Positions 55,291-64,000 of a DNA stretch of 64,000 nucleotides are shown in pieces. Source of the DNA: an uncultured delta proteobacterium (GTDB taxonomy: Bacteria > Desulfobacterota > RBG-13-43-22); contig CAVUPH010000030.1 of the NCBI GenBank assembly GCA_963743305.1, forward strand, positions 32,001-96,000, in the 5' to 3' direction. The notes beneath the pieces are model-generated. The model saw only the letters and a program-made list of their open reading frames with translations. It did no database searches and was not told the origin of the DNA. The translations under genes were made by a program, and so were the position numbers. Each line of letters opens with the position of its first letter. Positions within the stretch are counted from its first letter, which is position 1.

Positions 55291-55432
55291 GATGGTTTCG
55301 CAAAAAGTCCCCAGCGCTGTCATTGCGAGGAGTGAAGCGACGAAGCAATCCCCAAGAATCAGCTAGTTACCGTGGTGGGGATTGCTTCGCTTCGCTCGCA
55401 ATGACAGGGTTTTGGACTTTTTGCGAGTCGTC
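55291..55432. mobile_element. MITE family B carrying a REP hairpin
   Basis: GATGGTTTCGCAAAAAGTCC...GGACTTTTTGCGAGTCGTC; internal GTCATTGCGAG...GATTGCTTCGCTTCGCTCGCAATGAC. Confidence 0.8.
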
Positions 55433-55500
55433 AAATAATCAATCGTTAATTAATTATTATTGAGTGCCTAATTTGATAAGGAAGGGTTGTCTAAGGTTTT

Positions 55501-56412
55501 TCAACGCCGGTCGAACCGGCAACTGCTCCCCTGGACCGCCTTGGCGTATTTCTTCAGTTCCGAGGCTACTTCGGCCATCTGCCCGTAGTGGATAAATTTC
55601 TTGATCCGATTGTCGGTCACTCCGATGGACAGGCTGATCAAGGGGAAGGTCCGCTCCCGGCCCCGGCGGTCCCGGGCCAGAATCGCCCCCCGCTCCCGAT
55701 CCTCGGGATCATAAAAGGTGGGAATAATTTGTTTGAGATGATCGATAATCTCTCCGGCGATCTCCTCCGCCAGGGCCGGTTCGACGATAAAAACAAAATC
55801 ATCTCCCCCGATATGGCCCACAAAACTCTTTTGGGACTGTCTTTGCTTGACGATGTTCAAAATAAGGCGGCCCAGCATCTTCAGGACCTCGTCCCCCCGA
55901 CTGAACCCGTACTTGTCGTTGTACGGTTTGAAATAATCAATATCCGCGTAGGCCAGGGCGAATATGTCGCCCCGGTCCATCCGGCTTTGGATCTGTTTGA
56001 TAATGGTGATATTCCCAGGCAGCCGGGTTAAGGGGCTGACTTCCATGTTGCGTTCCGCCCGCAGGATGCAGAGCCCCACCCGTGCGACCAAATCCGTTTC
56101 CAGAAGCGACCGGCGCAGGTAATCATCGCATTTCAGTTCTTCCCATCCCGTAATCAAGTAATCATCCCCCAGCACGGCCAGGACCGGGACCTGCCCGAAA
56201 ATAGGATCTTCCTTCAGGTCGGAAAGCAGCCGGGCCACCAGAGGATCGCCGGGGCGCAAGTCGATCAGGATCAGGTCCGGCAGGGAATGATAGATGTAAT
56301 CCAGGGAGGACTGGATCTGGTAAAAACAGACCAGTTTATAGGCCTCGCCCAGGTGCTTTTCGACCAGGCCGGCCAGGGTCTGATCCCCGGTAATATGCAC
56401 GATGGTCTGCAT
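55501..56412 (-). CDS. receiver-like + GGDEF (GGDDF) domain protein
   Basis: PLTRLPGN, DIDYFKPYNDKYG...GDEVL, HIGGDDF. Confidence 0.88.
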   Translation of the reverse strand: MQTIVHITGDQTLAGLVEKHLGEAYKLVCFYQIQSSLDYIYHSLPDLILIDLRPGDPLVARLLSDLKEDPIFGQVPVLAVLGDDYLITGWEELKCDDYLRRSLLETDLVARVGLCILRAERNMEVSPLTRLPGNITIIKQIQSRMDRGDIFALAYADIDYFKPYNDKYGFSRGDEVLKMLGRLILNIVKQRQSQKSFVGHIGGDDFVFIVEPALAEEIAGEIIDHLKQIIPTFYDPEDRERGAILARDRRGRERTFPLISLSIGVTDNRIKKFIHYGQMAEVASELKKYAKAVQGSSCRFDRR

Positions 56413-56418
56413 GGGGCC

Positions 56419-57252
56419 TTATTCCAGGGCTAAAAAGTCACCCGCCACATCCAGGGAGTCGTCCAATTCCCTCAGGATGGCCCGGAGATCCTCTTCCGAG
56501 AGGTTGAGCAATTCCCAGGCCTGGGGATGGATGGCCGGGACAAAGGGGTCGCCGGCAAAACCGAATCCGCGGGCCCGCACCAGGATGTCCGACAAATGCA
56601 CCACGGCAGTGGGTACCGGGACCTGCCGAGCCAAATGGGGTTTATGGTGGTACTCGATGATCTCGGTCAAGGCCGGTGGAAAATGCCATTTAAGAGCAAT
56701 CCAGCCGCCGGCATCGGCGTGGTTGATCTCAAAAAATTCTTTTTCTCCCTGGAAGACGAATAACTCGCGCCGGGCTGCGTCTTCCAGGACCCGTTCATAA
56801 TCCGCCGGGAACTTCAGGCTGAAGATGACCTTGCCGATATCGTGCAACAGGGCGGCTACCGCCACCTCATCGGGGTCTTTCAGCCCGATTTTCTGGCCGA
56901 TAATCCGGGCGGCCGTGGCGCAGCCCACCGAATGTTCCCAGAGCCCGGCCAGGGCCTTTTTCATCGCTTCGAACACCGACACCCCCAGCAGCAATCCGCG
57001 GATCAGATTCACCCCTAAAAGGACCAGGGACTGGTTGATCGAAGCGATCCGTCCCGGAAAGCCGTAAATGGGTGAATTTACCGCCCGCAAAACCCGGGTG
57101 GTCAGCACCGGATCGTTGGAGATAAAGTTGCCGATTTCTTTCAAGGAAACCTTGGGGTTCTCAATGACCCGGAGCAGCTTGTGAAGGACGCTGGGCAGGG
57201 TAGGCAGGGTCTCGATACTTTCAATTTCCCGACGTAAGGTCTTATAATCCAT
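56419..57252 (-). CDS. HDOD domain protein
   Basis: LPTLP, DPVLTTRVLRAVNS, WEHS, LLHDIGK, H...G...W.FP, YHH. Confidence 0.92.
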   Translation of the reverse strand: MDYKTLRREIESIETLPTLPSVLHKLLRVIENPKVSLKEIGNFISNDPVLTTRVLRAVNSPIYGFPGRIASINQSLVLLGVNLIRGLLLGVSVFEAMKKALAGLWEHSVGCATAARIIGQKIGLKDPDEVAVAALLHDIGKVIFSLKFPADYERVLEDAARRELFVFQGEKEFFEINHADAGGWIALKWHFPPALTEIIEYHHKPHLARQVPVPTAVVHLSDILVRARGFGFAGDPFVPAIHPQAWELLNLSEEDLRAILRELDDSLDVAGDFLALE

Positions 57253-57550
57253 CGTCTTCGTATAATCCGGCGATATGGTCGGCCAGGATCCTTTTCAGTT
57301 CCACCATGTGAGGTTCTGTTTCGGTTTTTTTGAAACGATACGCCAATTCGGAAAGCAGGACTTCCAGCGGCCGGGTGGGTAAGGTGCCGCCCCGCACAAA
57401 AACGCTATCGATCTCCATTTTATGGAGCCGCTCGATCAGCTCCTCGGTTAATTCCAGTCCTTCGGTCAGCAAAACCATGCCGCTGGAGTTGGTCACCGCT
57501 TTCAAGAGCCGCATTCCGGGTTTAAGATCACTAATAATCCGCTTGGGCAA
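57242..57550 (-). CDS. hypothetical protein resembling the N-terminal domain of HD-GYP proteins
   Basis: LKPGMRL..V....G.VLL..G..LT...IERL; overlaps the HDOD start. Confidence 0.6.
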   Translation of the reverse strand: MPKRIISDLKPGMRLLKAVTNSSGMVLLTEGLELTEELIERLHKMEIDSVFVRGGTLPTRPLEVLLSELAYRFKKTETEPHMVELKRILADHIAGLYEDDGL

Positions 57551-57727
57551 TGTTCGTGCTCCTTAATGTTAAAATAGAAATATACCATTTTTTTGAATCA
57601 ATTGGAACGCCTTTCCCTAAATCAACCCGCTTCGGACAATCTTTGACATCCCGCGGGTATTTGTAGAGAAGGCTTGCCATTTTTTCATTGACATTTTTCT
57701 TCAGTCCGCTAACATCATTATCGGCAA

Positions 57728-57884
57728 TCTGGGGTAGTTCGCTAGAACTTTAAAAGGGAAGATGGTGTAATTCCATCACGGACCCGCCGCTGTGACCGGG
57801 GACGAAAGCCGCAAGAGCCACTGTTCGTTACGGACGGGAAGGCGCGGCCGGTAGAGAGATCCGGAAGTCAGAAGACCTGCCCAG
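57728..57884 (+). ncRNA. cobalamin riboswitch
   Basis: AAAAGGGAAGATGGTGTAATTCCATCAC, CCCGCCGCTGTG, GCCACTG...GGGAAGGC, AGTCAGAAGACCTGCC upstream of the cob operon. Confidence 0.93.
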
Positions 57885-57945
57885 CAGAATCTGGAATTTT
57901 ACCCTCGCGGATATAGGGTTGCCTTTTGGGAGGATAGAAAACGGT

Positions 57946-57988
57946 ATCCCCGAAACCATGGTATTGGTTTCGGGGATTTTATTTTCTT
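57946..57988 (+). terminator. riboswitch-associated intrinsic terminator
   Basis: ATCCCCGAAACCA...TGGTTTCGGGGAT followed by T-rich tract. Confidence 0.8.
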
Positions 57989-58000
57989 CGAAATAAAATT

Positions 58001-60583
58001 ATGTCAGACAACAACTTTGGACACGGCGGCTATATCAATCGGTTAGCCCGACAAGCCGGGCTCAGGCCCGACCAGGTGCTTGATTTTTCAGCGAATATCA
58101 ATCCCCTGGGACCGCCGGAATGGTTCCGCTCGCTGATTAGTTCCCAATTAAGCTCCCTGGTCCATTATCCGGACCCGGAATGCTCCCCCCTGGTCGAAGC
58201 CATCGCCGAGCATTACCGGACTGACCCCCGGGAAATCGTGGTGGGAAACGGGTCCTCCGAACTGCTGTATCTGCTTCCCCGGGCCCTGCCCGTTACCAAA
58301 GCCCTGATCGCGGTTCCCGCCTATAGCGATTATGCCCGGGCCGCTCAAATCGCCGGCCTGCCTATTGTCTGGCACCATTTAAAAGAATCCGCGGGGTTCA
58401 GATTGGACCCGAGTCAATTGGAGGACCAAATCTCCGAGGGAGAACTGGTCATCCTCGGCCAGCCCAACAACCCGACCGGCTTGACCTTCGATCCCCTGGC
58501 CTTACGGGCCTTGGCCGCCCGGCATCCCCGGACCTGTTTCCTGGTCGACGAGGCCTTTGCCGATTTCGTGGAAGGCCTGGACAGTCTGACCCGGAATCGC
58601 CCTCCCAATGTAATCGTCCTTCTCTCTTTCACCAAATTCTACGCCGTCCCGGGCTTGCGATTGGGCAGCGCCCTCCTGGCGCCGGCCTGGGCCCGAAAAA
58701 TCCAGGAATTACGCCCACCCTGGACCGTCAATACCCTGGCCCAGCAATTCGGGGCGGACGCCCTGCGGGACCAGGAATATGAAGCGGCCACCCGGGCCTA
58801 TGTCCAAGAACAACGGCTTCTTTTATTCCGAGCCCTCACGGCCATCCCTTATTTGACCGTTTATCCCGGGGAGGCCAATTTTCTTTTCCTGCGTTCCGAC
58901 CATCCGCAGCTAAAAGCCCCCGCATTGGCCCGCAAGCTGCTAACCGCGGGGATCGCCATTCGGGTTTGCGCCAATTACCAGGGTTTGGATGACCGCTATT
59001 TCCGGGTGGCGGTGCGAACGGAGGCCGAAAATCAGCGGCTGGCTGACGCCCTGAAAGCCGTTCTAGCCGATATCAAAGTCCCCCGGCTAAAACGCCCCAA
59101 AACACCGGCCCTTATGTTTCAGGGGACCAGTTCCAACGCCGGCAAGAGCGTGTTGACCGCGGCGCTGTGCCGGATACTCCTTCAGGACGGTTTTCGGGTA
59201 GCGCCTTTCAAGGCCCAGAATATGTCGCTCAACTCCTTTGTCACCCCTGACGGCGGGGAGATGGGCCGGGCCCAGGTGGTTCAGGCTCAGGCCAGCCGAC
59301 TGGACCCGGATGTGCGCATGAATCCGGTGCTGCTCAAACCCAGCAGTGACACCGGCGCCCAGGTAATCGTCCACGGCCGGCCGGTGGGTAATATGGACGT
59401 CAATCAATACATCGCCTATAAGCCTCAGGCCCTGACCCGGGTTCAGGAGGCCTATGATTCCCTGGCCGGGGAATACGAGGTCATCGTTCTGGAAGGGGCC
59501 GGCAGTCCGGCCGAAGTCAATTTGAAACACCACGATATCGTCAACATGCGCATGGCCGAATACGCCGGCGCCCCGGTCCTGCTGGTGGGCGATATCGACC
59601 GGGGCGGGGTCTTTGCCTCCTTTATCGGCACCATGGAAGTTCTGGCCGAGTGGGAACGCCGGCTGGTGGCCGGGTTTATCGTCAATCGTTTCCGGGGCCA
59701 GGAAAAACTGCTGGAGCCGGCTTTCCAGTACACGGAGCGGCATACCGGCCGACCGGTTCTGGGGACCGTGCCTTATTTGAAAGATCATGGCCTGCCGGAA
59801 GAAGATTCAGTCAGTTTCAAGAGCGGCCAATGGGACCAGGCGCAGGGGTCGGAAGCCGGGGTGGAGATCGCCCTGATCGATCTGCCGCATATTTCCAATT
59901 TCACGGACTTTGACTCCCTGCGGGTTGAACCGGATGTGACCCTGCGCGTCGTCCGCCGCGCGCAGGACTTGAATTGTCCGGACGCGGTGATCATCCCGGG
60001 CAGCAAAAACGTTATCGGTGACCTGATCTATTTACAGGAAAGCGGCCTGGGACAGCGCTTGAACCAAATGGCCCGGGAAGGCCGAACGGAGATGGTGGGG
60101 GTTTGCGGCGGTTTTCAGATATTAGGCCGGGAGATCGCCGATCCTTACGGAATCGAATCCGAGGGCCGCTCTCTCCGGGGATTGGGGCTGCTGCCGGTGA
60201 CCACGGTCCTCGAACAGGAGAAAACGCTGGTTCGGGTCCAGGCCAAACACCTGCCCTCCGGGCATGATCTGTACGGCTATGAAATCCATCACGGCCGTAC
60301 CGACGGCCAGGGACTGCAGCCCGTCGTCCGCCGGGAAGACGGCGAAGTGATCGGGATCGGTCTGGATCAGGAACGGATCTGGGGGACCTATCTCCACGGG
60401 CTATTCGATGCCGACGCCTTCCGCCGCTGGTTTATCGACCGGCTGCGGGCGCGCCGGGGCCTTCCGGTGGACGGGCGGATACGGGCCGTTTACAACCTGG
60501 AATCGGCCCTGGACCGGCTGGCGGAGACGGTCCGCCGGAGCCTGCGGATGGATTTTATCTACGGCTTGATGGGACTCAAGTAA
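58001..60583 (+). CDS. cobQ: fused L-threonine-O-3-phosphate decarboxylase (CobD) and cobyric acid synthase (CobQ/CbiP)
   Basis: [25 protein letters not shown]; then [36 protein letters not shown]. Confidence 0.93.
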   Translation: MSDNNFGHGGYINRLARQAGLRPDQVLDFSANINPLGPPEWFRSLISSQLSSLVHYPDPECSPLVEAIAEHYRTDPREIVVGNGSSELLYLLPRALPVTKALIAVPAYSDYARAAQIAGLPIVWHHLKESAGFRLDPSQLEDQISEGELVILGQPNNPTGLTFDPLALRALAARHPRTCFLVDEAFADFVEGLDSLTRNRPPNVIVLLSFTKFYAVPGLRLGSALLAPAWARKIQELRPPWTVNTLAQQFGADALRDQEYEAATRAYVQEQRLLLFRALTAIPYLTVYPGEANFLFLRSDHPQLKAPALARKLLTAGIAIRVCANYQGLDDRYFRVAVRTEAENQRLADALKAVLADIKVPRLKRPKTPALMFQGTSSNAGKSVLTAALCRILLQDGFRVAPFKAQNMSLNSFVTPDGGEMGRAQVVQAQASRLDPDVRMNPVLLKPSSDTGAQVIVHGRPVGNMDVNQYIAYKPQALTRVQEAYDSLAGEYEVIVLEGAGSPAEVNLKHHDIVNMRMAEYAGAPVLLVGDIDRGGVFASFIGTMEVLAEWERRLVAGFIVNRFRGQEKLLEPAFQYTERHTGRPVLGTVPYLKDHGLPEEDSVSFKSGQWDQAQGSEAGVEIALIDLPHISNFTDFDSLRVEPDVTLRVVRRAQDLNCPDAVIIPGSKNVIGDLIYLQESGLGQRLNQMAREGRTEMVGVCGGFQILGREIADPYGIESEGRSLRGLGLLPVTTVLEQEKTLVRVQAKHLPSGHDLYGYEIHHGRTDGQGLQPVVRREDGEVIGIGLDQERIWGTYLHGLFDADAFRRWFIDRLRARRGLPVDGRIRAVYNLESALDRLAETVRRSLRMDFIYGLMGLK

Positions 60584-60692
60584 AGACGCGGAGCGCAAAG
60601 CGCAGAGCGCAAAGCGCAACTAAACCAGAAATTCTAAACAAGCACGAATTTTAAATATTCTTTACGCTCTGCGCTTCGCGCTCCGCGTCTTT
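60582..60692. repeat. heptamer-based inverted repeat
   Basis: GACGCGGAGCGCAAAGCGCAGAGCG...CGCTCTGCGCTTCGCGCTCCGCGTC. Confidence 0.75.
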
Positions 60693-60713
60693 TATGCCGA
60701 GGGTTTAACAACG

Positions 60714-61241
60714 ATGGCTGATCCGGGTCGAATGCTGATCTTCACCGGGGACGGCAAGGGTAAGACTACCGCCGCCCTGGGAATGGCCTTGCGCGCCGTG
60801 GGCCACGGGCAGCGGGTTTTGATCCTGCAGTTTATCAAGGCCAATACGTATAGCGGCGAATTGACGGCCCTGAATAATCTTCCCGGGATAGAACTCCTTC
60901 AAATGGGCCGGGGTTTTCTGGTCCCGCCGGAAGACCCCCGGTTTGGCGAACACCGCCGGGCCGCGGAAAAGGCGCTGAAAAAAGCGGTGGAAATTTTGGA
61001 AGCCGGGAGGCATCGGTTGATCATTTTGGATGAGGTCTGCACGGCGGTTAAAAAAAACCTGCTGACGGAAGAAGAGGTGATGGCGGCGGTCTCCCGGAGA
61101 AAGGGAAACGCGGTTTTGGTTCTCACCGGGCGGGGGGCCGGCCCCGGCTTAACGGCCCTGGCCGACACCGTGACCGAAATGCGCAGTCTCAAGCATGGAC
61201 TTACCGCCGGCTGGAAGGCCCAGGAAGGGGTTGAATTTTGA
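60714..61241 (+). CDS. cobO: cob(I)yrinic acid a,c-diamide adenosyltransferase
   Basis: TGDGKGKTTAALG, QFIK, ILDE, LTGR, ADTVTEM. Confidence 0.93.
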   Translation: MADPGRMLIFTGDGKGKTTAALGMALRAVGHGQRVLILQFIKANTYSGELTALNNLPGIELLQMGRGFLVPPEDPRFGEHRRAAEKALKKAVEILEAGRHRLIILDEVCTAVKKNLLTEEEVMAAVSRRKGNAVLVLTGRGAGPGLTALADTVTEMRSLKHGLTAGWKAQEGVEF

Positions 61242-62629
61242 TCGGCTCCATCCCCCGGATCGTTGTGGCCGGCACCCAGAGCGGGGTAGGGAAAACCTCC
61301 CTGACCCTGGCCCTGGTGGCGGCCTTCAGCAAGAAGGGCTTGCGGGTTCAAACCTTCAAGGTCGGCCCCGATTTTCTGGACCCCTCTTATTTGACCATCG
61401 CCTCGGGAAGACCCTGTTATAACCTGGACGGCTGGATGACCGATCAAAATTATCTCCTCCGGCTTTTTGAGCGGGCCACCCGCGACGCCGATCTGGCCGT
61501 AGTGGAAGGAGTCATGGGCCTCTTTGACGGGGCCGACCCGGCCACCTCGGAAGGGAGCACCGCCGAGATCGCCCGCTGGCTGCAAGCGCCGGTGCTGCTG
61601 GTGGTCAATGCCCACGGGATGGCCCGCAGCATCGCCGCTCTGGTCAAGGGGTACGAAGCGTTCGCTCCCGAACTCCGGATAGCCGGGGTGCTGGCCAATT
61701 ATTCCGGCACCGACCGCCACCGGGAATGGATCAGCGCCTCCCTGGCCTCGGCCTCCCTGCCTCCTTTGCTGGGGGCCATTCCCCGGGGGGCCTTCCCCAA
61801 TCTTCCCAGCCGCCACCTGGGTCTGGTGACCGCCGACCGGCACAACCTGTCTGCCACCATCCTGGATGAACTGGCGGCCGTCGTGGACCGGCAGGCGCAC
61901 CTGGAGCAAATCCTGGACGCGGCCCGCCAGGCCCCGGCCCTGTCTTTCCCCGCTCCGCCGCCCGAAATCCCGCTTCCCTTCGAAGCGGTGCCCATCGGGA
62001 TAGCCCGGGATCAGGCCTTTCACTTTTACTACCAGGATAATCTGGATGAATTGACCCGGCAGGGAGCCGTCCTGGTCCCCTGCTCTCCCCTGGCCGATGA
62101 ACACTTGCCTTCCGGTTTAAAAGCTTTATACTTTGGAGGCGGCTATCCCGAGGAATTTGCCCCGGCCCTGTCCGCTAATCGTCCTTTCCTGGAGGATGTC
62201 CGCCGGTGGGCCGAATCCGGCCGCCCCCTTTATGCCGAATGCGGCGGTTTGATGTATCTCACCCAGGGGATAGAGACCCGAGACCGGAAGAAATACCCCC
62301 TGACCGGGCTTCTGCCGGCCTGGACCCGGATGCTGGAACGTTTAAAAACCTTGGGTTATGTGGAAGTCTCCCTGACCCGGGACGCCCTCTGGGGCGGGAA
62401 GGGGGCTATACTCAGGGGTCACGAATTTCATTACTCGGAACTACTGGAAGACCCGACCCGTAACGGAGAATGGGCGGCGGCCTATCACCTCCAGCGGCGG
62501 CGTTCGAAGGCCGGGGGACAGGAAGGCTTCCAGCAGCGGCAGACGCTAGCCAGTTATGTCCACCTGCACTGGGCCTCCCGCCCGGAAGCCGTTACGACCT
62601 TTATCCATCATTGCGGAGTTGCTGTATGA
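61238..62629 (+). CDS. cbiA: cobyrinate a,c-diamide synthase
   Basis: SGVGKT, FKVGPDFLDP, EGVMGLFDG, SRHLGL, GGGYPE, AECGG, GHEFHYS. Confidence 0.94.
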   Translation: MIGSIPRIVVAGTQSGVGKTSLTLALVAAFSKKGLRVQTFKVGPDFLDPSYLTIASGRPCYNLDGWMTDQNYLLRLFERATRDADLAVVEGVMGLFDGADPATSEGSTAEIARWLQAPVLLVVNAHGMARSIAALVKGYEAFAPELRIAGVLANYSGTDRHREWISASLASASLPPLLGAIPRGAFPNLPSRHLGLVTADRHNLSATILDELAAVVDRQAHLEQILDAARQAPALSFPAPPPEIPLPFEAVPIGIARDQAFHFYYQDNLDELTRQGAVLVPCSPLADEHLPSGLKALYFGGGYPEEFAPALSANRPFLEDVRRWAESGRPLYAECGGLMYLTQGIETRDRKKYPLTGLLPAWTRMLERLKTLGYVEVSLTRDALWGGKGAILRGHEFHYSELLEDPTRNGEWAAAYHLQRRRSKAGGQEGFQQRQTLASYVHLHWASRPEAVTTFIHHCGVAV

Positions 62630-63345
62630 CTTTAATCCAACCCAGCGATAATTCCAAAGCCAAGGATCAACGCATCCCGGTGATCCGAGATTTTTTGGCC
62701 GCCCCCTTCAACGGGGAAGAAATCGAGTCCCGATCTTTTGCCGTGATCGACCGGGAAGCCCCTGAACATCCCTTCAGCCCCGGCGAATGGGAAGTGGTGC
62801 GGCGCATGATCCACACCGTCGGCGATTTTTCCATCATTCCCGACATCCGTTTTTCTCCGGGAGCCCTGGAGGCGGCCGTTTCGGCCCTGCGGGAGGGTCG
62901 CCTGATTTACTGCGATTCCAATATGATCCGTTCCGGTCTGTCTCTGGCTCGGCTGCGCCGGATCAATCCCGACTATGGACCGGGGAAAATTGTCTGCTAT
63001 GTGGCGGATGAAGGGGTGGCCCGCGATTCCAAAGAATTGGGATTACCCCGTTCCTTGTTGGGCCTTCGAAAGGCCCGGCCCCTGTTGGAAGGGGCCATTG
63101 CGGTATTCGGCAATGCCCCCATCGCTCTGTTGGAATTGAATCGGATGGTGGTGGAGGAAGGCCTGAAACCGGCCCTGGTCATCGGAATGCCGGTGGGTTT
63201 TGTTCACGTGGAGGAGAGCAAACAGGAACTGCTGACGCTTCCGGTACCCTTCATTGCCTTGGTCGGGAGGCGCGGTGGAAGCCCGCTGGCGGTCAGCGTC
63301 GTGCATGCCCTCTGCACCCTGGCGCAGAATCAGAGAATCGAGTAA
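62626..63345 (+). CDS. cbiC: precorrin-8X / cobalt-precorrin-8 methylmutase
   Basis: IESRSF.VID, RRMIH, GNAPIAL, PVGFV..EESK, GRRGGS. Confidence 0.92.
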   Translation: MTLIQPSDNSKAKDQRIPVIRDFLAAPFNGEEIESRSFAVIDREAPEHPFSPGEWEVVRRMIHTVGDFSIIPDIRFSPGALEAAVSALREGRLIYCDSNMIRSGLSLARLRRINPDYGPGKIVCYVADEGVARDSKELGLPRSLLGLRKARPLLEGAIAVFGNAPIALLELNRMVVEEGLKPALVIGMPVGFVHVEESKQELLTLPVPFIALVGRRGGSPLAVSVVHALCTLAQNQRIE

Positions 63346-63434
63346 AGAGGACGCAACTTTTCGTTAACAATTAATAATTACAATTGATTATTAATTATTA
63401 ATGAAAAAGCTGAAGTAAACAAGAGAGGATAGTC

Positions 63435-63953
63435 ATGGCAGAACAAGCCAACAAACCCACCGGATTGGAAGCCATTATATTGCTGGGTCACGGCAGCCGG
63501 GTCCCGGACGCCGGCCAGGCCATGACCCGAGTGGCCAAACGTTTGAAAGAAAAATTCGGTTACCCGCTGGTGGAGGTTTGTTTTATGTCCCGCCTGGGTC
63601 CCCATTTCCCGGAAACTTTTGAGCAATGCGTGCGCCAGGGGGCCTCGCGAGTGGTAGTGATCCCCTACTTTCTGCACACCGGCCTGCATATCCTCCTGGA
63701 CATTCCGGAAATGATGCAGGAAGAGGCTAAAAAGCATCCACAGGTGCAGTTGATCTTCGGTCGAAGTCTGGGGTTCGACGAATCCCTGGTGGATCTGGTC
63801 AACCACTGCATCCAGGCCTCCACGGATTGTTCCGATGTGAGAGAGATCGTCCTCCCCCCCAAGGAGAAATACCCCATTCCTCCGGGCCAGGCGGTCTTTG
63901 TGCCCATGGACCCCGAGGAGGCAGCGGTTTATCGCAAAAACGGTGACGGCTGA
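63435..63953 (+). CDS. cbiX: sirohydrochlorin cobaltochelatase CbiX/SirB family
   Basis: LLGHGSR, PYFL..G.H...DIP. Confidence 0.88.
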   Translation: MAEQANKPTGLEAIILLGHGSRVPDAGQAMTRVAKRLKEKFGYPLVEVCFMSRLGPHFPETFEQCVRQGASRVVVIPYFLHTGLHILLDIPEMMQEEAKKHPQVQLIFGRSLGFDESLVDLVNHCIQASTDCSDVREIVLPPKEKYPIPPGQAVFVPMDPEEAAVYRKNGDG

Positions 63954-64000
63954 TGAAAAAACAAAAACTATTCAGTTGCCTTTTAGGCGTGTTGCTTTTC
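63953..64000 (+). CDS. start of the next operon gene (truncated by the window edge)
   Basis: ATG overlapping the cbiX stop; MKKQKLFSCLLGVLLF signal-like. Confidence 0.45.
   Translation, partial: MKKQKLFSCLLGVLLF

Noticed and set aside
63364-63401. AT-rich palindrome before cbiX as a metal-regulator box
   Set aside because: Low complexity; cannot be distinguished from chance without comparative data.

Overview
Bacterial chromosomal window. Gene content (sigma-54 systems, anaerobic cobalamin genes, DUF362 Fe-S protein, a selenoprotein) suggests a Desulfobacterota/deltaproteobacterial genome, which is inference. Layout: 0.4-10 kb ion/CO2 homeostasis cluster (gamma-carbonic anhydrase, DUF362, orphan OadB+OadG, TerC with a candidate leader RNA, ArsB/NhaD-type permease, Kup, two CMK-like/BON paralogues). 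12-21.5 kb mutY plus a scrambled ~8 kb insert ending in a chimeric mutY copy. 21.6-38.6 kb a sigma-54 two-component system followed by exported proteins, four of which share an [YFW]LPL[IL] tag. 39.4-49.8 kb accessory/defence island (OsmC selenoprotein, four-helix-bundle genes, a GIY-YIG/REP cassette inserted in the 3' end of a type I RM M-S gene, hsdR, MITEs; many frameshifts that are probably consensus errors). 50-57.5 kb GNAT, phoU, B12 radical SAM, DUF4301, GGDEF/HDOD. 57.7-64 kb cobalamin riboswitch and cob/cbi operon. Best candidates for undescribed biology: (1) a REP-bounded GIY-YIG nuclease cassette with a ~152-bp repeat array and a 48-bp flanking duplication, plus MITEs carrying the same REP; (2) a shared LPL sorting-like tag at either terminus of exported proteins, next to an NtrC regulator with an identifiable tandem enhancer; (3) repeated insertions that duplicate and replace gene 3' ends (mutY, ntrC, hsdMS). 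All family assignments come from motif recognition by eye, not from database searches.
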